Source: Eledone cirrhosa
Taxonomy: Eukaryota
Direction of reading: 5' to 3'
NCBI GenBank assembly: GCA_964016885.1
Contig: OZ024745.1
Span: forward strand, 115,506,001 to 115,570,000
Length of the DNA stretch: 64,000 bases
This document shows positions 56,008 through 64,000 of this stretch, piece by piece. The translations under genes were made by a program, and so were the position numbers. The notes beneath the pieces were generated by a model. It had not been told where the DNA came from. It saw only the letters and a program-made list of their open reading frames with translations, and did no database searches. Numbering within the stretch: the stretch's first letter is position 1; the number at the start of each line of letters is the position of its first letter.

Positions 56008-56191
56008 AATAATTGTTTCTACTTTTGGCACAAGGCCACCAATTATCCCAGTGTATTACTGGTACTTTATTTTATCGACCCCTTAAGGATTAAAGGCAAA
56101 GTTAACCTCGGCGGGTTTTGAACTCAGTCCGTAAAGGGACGTAACTGTGCTGCAAAGCATGGCGTCTGACCCTCTACCGATACTGCCAATC
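56008..56191 (-). mobile_element. SINE family A in PDXK intron 1
   Basis: Full head, body and tail. Confidence 0.85.
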
Positions 56192-56514
56192 CAGAAAATA
56201 ATGATCGAACACATTCGATTTGACGGGAAAGGACGACAAAACATCGAATTAGCAGAGAGAGGGGTAACTGACATCGTAGAGGGGAGTCGACCTCAACGGG
56301 ATTTGAACGCTCAACCTAAACCCCACAAGGTATTTAGTCCGACACGCTATAGTTTCTGCCCTTAAAGATCAAATAAATCAAAGCTATTTTAAGTAGCGAT
56401 CACTTTATATACTTTTTGAAAAAAGAAAAAAGGTTGGGAGGAAAATACCCTCAGCAATCAACATTTTTTTTTTAAATAGCAAAAATATAACCATCAAAAG
56501 AAATGGATATTTAC

Positions 56515-56610
56515 CTGTAGAGGGAATAATGCCACTTTGTTACCGACATAGCCCGACACAACAGTACTTTGGATACTTAAAACACGAGGTATTTCAGAAT
56601 TACCAAACAT
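56515..56610 (-). CDS. PDXK: Pyridoxal kinase coding exon 1 ([32 protein letters not shown])
   Basis: Manual translation gives the RVLSIQS..GYVGN..FPLQ N-terminal PDXK motif; ATG at 56610-56608; GT donor at 56514-56513; phase 0. Confidence 0.95.
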
Positions 56611-56612
56611 TA

Positions 56613-56637
56613 TGTGCCAAAAGTAGAAACAATTATT
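56613..56637 (+). mobile_element. 25-nt SINE tail remnant in the PDXK 5'UTR
   Basis: TGTGCCAAAAGTAGAAACAATTATT, identical to the family A 3' end. Confidence 0.75.
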
Positions 56638-56639
56638 AT

Positions 56640-57030
56640 AGATGACAGCAAGAAAAAGAAAGAAAAAAAAAACTGTTATTTAATTGCACTCGGTAGTTCA
56701 GTTCCGAAACGGAGCGAATATTTTACGCATATAATAAGCTTCGTTGTGAATTATTACAATTAAGATAAGTAATAATTAACATGCACAGTGCCGAAATGTA
56801 TTGACACAAACCGGGAACGTCGGACAGAAATAACAACTGCCGCTTCTATCATCGCCCAACAGAGGACGTCAGAAATATTTGATTGAAAGAACATTTCACA
56901 TTATTAAGCAAGGGGAAGTTACTCTAGTTAGCAAATTTGCCTCGTGTAATCTACATTAAATGTAAACAGGTTTCCCAGTTTTACATTTACACTAGACAAA
57001 CCGTCACCCATTGTGTCACGTTCACTTCAA
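56640..57030 (-). promoter_or_regulatory. Probable PDXK 5'UTR/core promoter region
   Basis: Unique, locally CpG-enriched sequence directly upstream of the ATG; TSS not determinable. Confidence 0.45.
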
Positions 57031-57332
57031 AATAATTTTAAAAAATCATTTTCACTTAAAAATAACTTTTAAATAATTAAAATATACACAGACATGTATA
57101 TAACGTGAAATGAAACTGGAAGGCCCGTATGTTTGAGTATGTATATATATAAATGTGTGTGTTTGTATACATCTATATAAATGTATGTGTGTGTATATAT
57201 GTGTGTATATACGTGGGTGTATATATGTGGGTGACACTGGTCATAGACACACACACATGTATATATAGATAACGATATCGTTATCTTTTGTTCTGACAGC
57301 GGTTCGTTTGGCCACGCTTTCGCCTGCCTTTT

Positions 57333-57512
57333 GTTGTATGTGGTCCTAGATGTGTGTATTACCTGTTTGTGTGTTGTATGTAGTCCTAGATATTTGTATT
57401 ACCTGTTTGTGTGTTGTATGTGGTCCTAGATATTTGTATTACCTGTTTGTGTGTTGTATGTGGTCCTAGATATTTGTATTACCTGTTTGTGTGTTGTATG
57501 TGGTCCTAGGTG
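57333..57512. repeat. 40-bp tandem repeat (~4.5 copies; further units at 57925-58015 and ~58696)
   Basis: GTGTTGTATGTGGTCCTAGATATTTGTATTACCTGTTTGT unit. Confidence 0.92.
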
Positions 57513-57925
57513 TGTAGCGAAATCTGTCTACGCCTTGAACCTTGAGTGATAACTAAAGATCACATTCTAGGTCACTACCCTCTTCGATGTGGACAGGTTC
57601 ATGCGTGGGCTATCCCCTCGAGGAGGGAGACAGAAAGATTCCCCGGTTTTACACAGCGATCGGAGCAGTACACTATTACAAGCTATGTACAGATTCACCG
57701 CTACCTTCAGGCCGCAGATGTCTACAGACCATTACTCTCTCTCTCTCCTGGTCGCAGACTACACCAGCCTCATGAACCAACAACAAAATAACATTGTCAA
57801 CCTTCGCAACTCGTGGTAATTTGTTTATTTTTCTTTTTGATTGAAGTGAACCTTTTTATATATAAAGTAAATAATTTATTCTTGTTCTTTCATCTAACAA
57901 TTTCTTACTAATACCCTTCGTTAAA
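57513..57925. mobile_element. LTR-like insertion in the 40-bp array
   Basis: Starts TGTAGCGAA, ends TTCGTTAAA; the array resumes on both sides. Confidence 0.45.
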
Positions 57926-58031
57926 GATGTGTGTATTACCTATTTGTTGGTTGTATATGGTCACAGATGTGTGTATTACCTGCTTGTGTGTTGTATGTGG
58001 TCCAAGATGTGTGTGTAGCGAATATTTGGGT

Positions 58032-58695
58032 TGTAACGGTGCAGTGAATAGATGGAATTGTTGGTATGATGGTTTCAGTGCAAAGAATAATACCAAGATT
58101 GTGTTGTTACAAAGTTTATTTTATTATAACAATATTCAATTTAAATATTGAATGATAAAATTTATAACATGAAATATTCGTACAATAATTTGGTGGGTCT
58201 TCGAGCCACGTAAATACAAGTATCACAGAATACGATTATAAGATAATTTGTATTGTATCTGAAAGATACAATGTGACAGAATACGATTATAAGATAATTT
58301 GTATTGTATCTGAAAGATATAATGTGACAGAAATGGCACGTATAAAAATGCAAGCAGTGTGAACTTACTGTGTGTGCGTGTGTGCGTATTAGTATACTTT
58401 CTTGTTTTAGCAGTAGTAGTAATCACTCAGTGAGGCGTGTGAGAAATAGTGGACAGACGTTTTTCGTGAAGCGAGGTTTGGTAGCGTAGGTGAAATGTCT
58501 GTGGTAACACTTTTTCTGCCGGGGCGTAAACAACCCCTGTATTTATAACGGTTGAAGTTAGAAGGATAGATATATCCTCTGACCTTTGGTTAGAATCTCC
58601 CAAGGAGTTGGTCTGCCAGGTGTAAACAACTTACCACGGCTTGTCCCAGAGGCAGGAAAGCTCAGATTCGGTTTCGAATCTTCGCCGCCGTTATA
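58032..58695 (-). mobile_element. LTR-like element related to 54391-54878
   Basis: Ends TGTAACGG..CCGTTATA; shares GGCGAAGATTCGAAACCGAATCTGAGCTTTCC.GCCTCTGGGACA. Confidence 0.55.
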
Positions 58696-58866
58696 TGTGT
58701 ATTACCTGCTTGTGTGTGTGTGTTTTTTTTCCTTTTCTTTTTTTATTTGTAATATTATTTATGCAATTGTGAATAAACATTTAATGTTGTGATTATCAAA
58801 AATATAATTGGAAATAGTTGTAGCGGTAGTGGAGCGAAGACAATAGCACAAAGACTAATATTATTG

Positions 58867-59050
58867 TGGATTGGTAGTATCGGTAGAGGGTCGGACGCCA
58901 TGCTTTCTACCATAGTTACGTCCCTTTACGATCTGAGTTCAAATCCCGCCGAGGTTGACTTTGCTTTCATCCTTACGGGGTCGATAAAATAAAGTACCAG
59001 TGAGGCACTGGGTAGTTGCTGGCCTTGTGCCTAAAGTAGAAACAATTATT
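58867..59050 (+). mobile_element. SINE family A, full length
   Basis: A-box, B-box GAGTTCAAATCCC, body and tail. Confidence 0.85.
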
Positions 59051-59285
59051 TCAAATATTTAGTCAAGTATGGGAGACGACTCCTAACGTGTCTCGGTGTA
59101 TAAGATCTCATCAGCTAAGCATAGATTAGTTATTGGAGTATCACTAATTACATACATAGTAATGTACACGAGTAACAAAAAACAAAAGTTAAATTAATGT
59201 TTACATAATGAGCACAACAAATAAAAAAAACAATTCTATTTCCGGATTTTCGTGGACAGTTTTCTCCCCTGTGAATTACTGGCAA

Positions 59286-59337
<52 letters not shown>

Positions 59338-59517
59338 GTAGTTTCAAGACGGGTATTTTCATTTAAATCTCTGCTTGTTTTCCCACTGGTTTCTAGCGAC
59401 AGTTACAACACTTACTGTTGTTTAGTCCTTACTCAACCCTGGTCATCTAAATTTATGATCAAGGACATTCCAACCACAATCTTTCCACCTTTTATTACGA
59501 TGTGGTGTACTCGACTA

Positions 59518-60075
59518 GCGGTGAATTGGCAGAAGCATTAGAGAACTGGACAGAATGGCTTGCAGTAATTATTTCGGTATTTTGGCTCTTTACGTTCTCA
59601 GTTCAAATCCTGCCAAGGTCAACTTTCATCCTTCCGAGGTTGATAAAATAAAATACCAGTTAACTATTGGAGTCAATTTGATCAATTTTGCTTTTTTTGC
59701 CCCCAAAATTCCTGGTTTTGTTTGCGCCTAAATTAGAAATCAATATTCATTCTAGCATTTTGCATTCTGAGTTCAAATCCTGCCGAGGTCGGTTTTATCT
59801 ATTATAATTTAAGGGTTGATAGATATAGTACCAGTCTATGACGGAATAGTCAGCATGTTGGACGGGATGCTTTGCAGTATTTGTTTATTTGCTCTAGAGT
59901 TGTGGCATTGAGTTATGGCCATTTATATTCTGAGTTCAAATCCTGCCGAGGTTAGCTTTGCCTTTTATCCTTACGGGGTTGATATAATAAAGTACCAGTC
60001 ACGTACTGGGATCAATTTAATCGACTTTCCCCTCACCCTAAAATTGTTGCCCTTGTGCTTATGTAAGAAATAATT
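59518..60075 (+). mobile_element. Cluster of three SINE copies
   Basis: Three GTTCAAATCCTGCC B-box bodies. Confidence 0.75.
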
Positions 60076-60116
60076 ACAAATTGTTTATAATTCGTACAGA
60101 ATGAAAATATAACCAC

Positions 60117-60357
60117 ATATAATAAATACATTTAACTATTGCTAGGAACCTCACAACTATAATATATATAATAAATACAATTAACTATTACTAGGAACCT
60201 CACAACTATAATATATATAATAAATACAATTAACTATTGCTAGGAACCTCACAACTATAATATATATAATAAATACAATTAACTATTGCTAGGAACCTCA
60301 CAACTATAACATATATAATAAATACAACTAACTATTCTAGGAACTTCACAAATATAA
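60117..60357. repeat. 49-bp tandem repeat x5
   Basis: ATAAATACAATTAACTATTGCTAGGAACCTCACAACTATAATATATATA unit. Confidence 0.92.
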
Positions 60358-60359
60358 TG

Positions 60360-61370
60360 CACAAAAATATATGATCAAAGTGAGAGAAAAAAAGAAACAA
60401 AGAAAAGCCGCCATCAATTCACCAGCAAGCGCGACAATCGACCGCCTACCACACACACAAAGGTCAACGGAAAACTTTGAAGCAAGCTAACACGCTGGCA
60501 GTATTACCGCGGGTGATGGCGAAACTAAGGCGCTGAAACAACCAGGCACCGTAAGGATATCATGTGACACCCTCGGTAAGGCGAGCCTCCAACGATGACA
60601 AGAACTTCGCTGTCAGTGGCCCAGCTCCAGCAAACGTCTCGAACGTCAAAGGCTGGAAAAAATAGTTATTTGATAGTTTCCAGTATTTTAGAATTTTATT
60701 TCATCCGGCTACGGTTGGGTACCACACTGAACTGTGAGGCTACTGCTCACGTCACCAGACCATTTACCAACTTGCTTTCTGAAACCCCCAAGGTTATTCT
60801 CAAGCTAAACCTCAGGAATGCTTTCAATTCTATCAGTCAGGATGTAATCCGTTCATTACAGGAGAGGGTCTTTCAGTTTTACCACTTTGTTTGGCAAGCC
60901 TACTTCTCCTTCGGTGAACATCTCCTTCTATCTGCCACAGCGGTCCAGCAGGGTGACTCACTCGGACCTGCTCTTTTCGCACTGGGCATTGATAACATCA
61001 CCAAAATGAGAGTTGGCCTGGATTTGAATGTGTGGTATCTGCATGATGTTTATTTGGGTGGGTGTCCTCCAGAAAAGGTCCTTGCAACCGCGAATACCAT
61101 GATTAGGGAACTGGGTCGCATGGGGCCTTTACTTAAACAGTTCCAAATGCGAGCTCTGGCTCCTCAACCGGCCAGATTCACATCAGCAGCCTGTTGACAT
61201 GTTCACAGTCATTCCCGTCCATCACGGTTTCTCCCTCATCAGATGGGTGCTCCCTTGGAGCCTCGATTACTGACCAAGCCTTCGAGTCTATCATTCGATC
61301 CAAGTTGGCTAACCTCGAGCAAGTTTTAAAAATCCTCGAAGTCATTGAGCCTCACCAAGGTGTTTATCTT
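60360..61370. mobile_element. CRE-like non-LTR retrotransposon fragment with internal inversion
   Basis: Minus 60450-60670: FQPLTFETF.G.G..WLFQRLSFAITRGN (REL C-terminus); plus 60705-61370: KL.LRNAFNSI, VQQGDSLGPALF, VWYLHD (RT). Confidence 0.75.
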
Positions 61371-61441
61371 TAGATGTGAAACTATTTCCACCCTGGATAG
61401 AATTCTGATCTTTTGTTGCTTTCCTACATAAAGAATAAATT

Positions 61442-61676
61442 TGTCACAGTATATCAACGAGTGTCTAAACAGAAAGAGAGCCGTTTCACTGTTTGTCGGG
61501 GCTATTTAACCGAGGACATAATATCCTATCTACCCTCTTTTTCCTGTACGTCTTGAGTATCTGTTAGACACGCAGTGACTAACAACAGAATGTTTTAAGT
61601 GTGAGTGTCTGACATATATGCGTAGCTTGTGAATAAAAAATTCAAGGGGTTTCGCTGGCCGTGGGGATCCCTGACA
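61442..61676 (+). mobile_element. Possible solo LTR
   Basis: TGTCA..TGACA ends, internal TATTTAA and AATAAA; no clean TSD. Confidence 0.35.
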
Positions 61677-62270
61677 AACATCTTTTGTAATGTATCGTCT
61701 TATTGGCTAATTTCATCGTCTTATTGGCTAATCAACCAATGAGAGTAATTGTTGCTCAAAAGCATCCGCTACTTTGTTTGCACGTTTATTTATCGTTTTC
61801 GAAACTTCCTCCTATATTTCGTCGTTTCATCATCATGTTCTTCTCGTTTTGGTAAGTTATATTGTTAATTTATATATGATATTTTAAATTTATATTAACT
61901 ATTTTTTTCAGTTCGTTATAACATGCTTATAATATTGGTTGTATCATATTTACTTGTATATGTGTCCATATTATTGTTCGTGTTATGTTAGATTATTTTT
62001 TTATTATTATGTTAGACTATTTGTATGTAATATTTAATTTTTATTAATTCAACTATAACAATTATTATGTAAAATATATTTATTGATTGTTTTTTGTAGT
62101 TGTTTATATTAAAAGTCTGAAAATATTTTTATACATCTTACAATAATATCTATAAGATCATTTATAAAATAACAATTATATAATCTAATTACATTACAAC
62201 GATAATTTATTATTAATAGATATCATGTTTAACTAGAGTTATTACAAGCGTTGCCTTAAAAAAATTAAAC

Positions 62271-62719
62271 TAGACCTGAAAAATGCGCAAGCTCAAAAGA
62301 GCCACAGAATGTTATAACAAACCTTCAAAAGTGTGGGACTAGAGTTGTTGCTCAAAAATATTGTAATCATTATCTATCGTACACTCTGTGGCATCCTTTT
62401 ATAAAAAAAAAAAGAGAGACTCATAACGAACTCAAGACGACACGATAATTATTTAAGTGAATTTATAATATAGAATTCGGTTTAAGTGCATTTCGTATTA
62501 ATCATTACTAAACATCTAATATGAGATATTGAACATTAGCTTAAATAATTATCTTGTCGTCTTGAGTTCGTTATGAGTCTCTTTTTTATAAAAGGACGCC
62601 ACAGAGTGTACGATAGATAATGATTACAATATTTTTTAGCAACAACTCTAGTCCCACACTTTTGAAGGTTTATTATAACATTTTGTCGCTCTTTTGAGCT
62701 TGCGCATTTTTCAGGTCTA
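62271..62719. repeat. Long palindromic element (~187-bp arms, ~82-bp spacer)
   Basis: TAGACCTGAAAAATGCGCAAGCTC.. / ..GAGCTTGCGCATTTTTCAGGTCTA. Confidence 0.9.
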
Positions 62720-62995
62720 TATTTAGGTTTGTTGGTTCACCACCGGATATAATTGGTCATTCCGTATGGTCAATCTTGATGCAATATTATGGAAAGTACT
62801 CAACCTAGTGCAGTTCACTCGTCTTCGTTTGTGTAGTTGGTGGTGCGAATACGGAGTTAATTATTATGAATAAAATAACAGGAGGCTGGACTGGTGTCAA
62901 TCCTTGAAAAGTTTATTATACTATGATAATTTCGACCTCTCTGTCACTGATTTTCGGACCCATGGATTTTTATATATTCCTTTGTTATATTTCGA

Positions 62996-63053
62996 ATACC
63001 TGATGATATCACCGGATTCATACGGAACCCGGTCATTGAAATGATCATAGTAT
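62996..63053 (+). ncRNA. Minimal type-I hammerhead ribozyme inside inverted repeat 62862-63109
   Basis: ATAC-CTGATGA-TATCACCGG..CCGGTCATT-GAAA-TGATCA-TA-GTAT then AATAAA; palindromic ATGATCAT stem III. Confidence 0.8.
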
Positions 63054-63120
63054 AATAAACTTTTCAAGGATTTACACCAGTCCAGCCTCCTGTTATTTTA
63101 TTCATAATATATATTTATAT

Positions 63121-63447
63121 ATATATCAAAGGTATATATTGAGTTAGGAACTCAAAATAGTCTCTTACAATAAAATAGCTCTAAGAAAGAGATTTTTCCG
63201 AGCCGTATATTATAATTGATTATAAAAGAAAAACGAACAGATATATACATATATGTGTTCAAATCGCAAGGGACCAGATATAAAAGAACTGGTGCCTTGC
63301 GATTTGAACACATATATGTATATATCTGTGTTCGTTTTTCTTTTATATTCAATTATAATATACGGCTCGGAAAAATCTCTTTCTTAGAGCTATTTTATTG
63401 TAAGAGACTATTTTGAGTTCCTAACGCAATATATACCTTTGATATAT
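63121..63447. repeat. Long palindromic element (~155-bp arms, ~11-nt loop); partial extra copy at 63783-63855
   Basis: The two ORF-track proteins 63152(-) and 63216(+) are near-identical because of the symmetry. Confidence 0.92.
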
Positions 63448-63594
63448 TCGGCTCCGTTAATTTGTTGAGCTATTTCAAATGTCGAATAAACTTGGCTGTT
63501 ATTTTTAGTGGTGTAAGTTTGTGAGACACGCTATTATATATCGCACACTATTCAGTTACTTAATATACTTAGAAGTGTCTAGGATACTAATTTG

Positions 63595-63674
63595 TCACCC
63601 ACTGATGAGCAAGAATTGGTATTTCTATTCACAATTAATTAGTATTGCGAAACAGCACCAAGCTCTCTGGGTGA
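63595..63674 (+). ncRNA. Type-I hammerhead ribozyme with longer stem III
   Basis: TCACCCA-CTGATGA-GCAA..TTGC-GAAA-CAGC-ACCAA-GCTC-TC-TGGGTGA; one C-C mismatch at the base of stem III. Confidence 0.75.
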
Positions 63675-64000
63675 TTGGTAGTTACCACAATTCCGGTTTG
63701 TATTTATTTTCTTGGATTTTTTTCTTAAATTGAGACAGGCAAACCCTATTGTCTATAGTTAGTATTCTTTTCACCATAGCGAATCTGGTCCCTTGCGATT
63801 TGAACACATATATGTATTTATCTGTGTTCGTTTTTCTTTTATATTCAATTATATATATATATATATATATATTAATAAGAGGAATTCCAACTTTGTCTGA
63901 TTTACTCGTTTTATTTACAATCCTTTAAAATCTATAATGGTATTATAATGAAATAGTATGATAGAATATTAAATGTTAAGTATTAATTGAACAAATACTT

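Noticed and set aside
56613-56637. Spliced-leader-like sequence before the ATG
   Set aside because: It is genomically encoded and identical to the SINE tail; no SL RNA structure or trans-splice acceptor is seen
59059-59118. Hammerhead-like fold on minus
   Set aside because: GAAA reads GAGA and the UH site is missing; probably inactive
63152-63416. Two near-identical 66-aa ORFs on opposite strands
   Set aside because: A consequence of the palindrome; no coding evidence

Overview
AT-rich, repeat-dense animal genomic DNA, most likely an octopod cephalopod (inferred from the SINE/RTE/Penelope repeat landscape, not proven). One host gene is supported: a 10-coding-exon pyridoxal kinase (PDXK) on the minus strand, 56610 -> 6607 (906 nt CDS, 301 aa, all introns GT-AG and phase-consistent). 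The introns and flanks hold tRNA-derived SINEs, RTE-type LINE fragments, a Penelope-like (Naiad-type) element, a CRE-like LINE with an inversion, a rearranged mariner, a hAT-like fossil, Helitrons, piggyBac/Tc1 MITEs, LTR-like elements, long palindromes and TA satellites. Highlights: (1) six recognisable type-I hammerhead ribozyme motifs plus degenerate ones, including a U3-A8 covariant copy in sense orientation in a PDXK intron and one inside a retrozyme-like 418-bp repeat; (2) an in-frame TGA at a conserved Cys of the Naiad-like ORF (possible selenocysteine codon); (3) a 25-nt antisense SINE tail at positions -27..-3 of the PDXK start codon, perfectly complementary to a SINE in intron 1. Exon and ribozyme coordinates were read base by base. 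Transposon boundaries are approximate.
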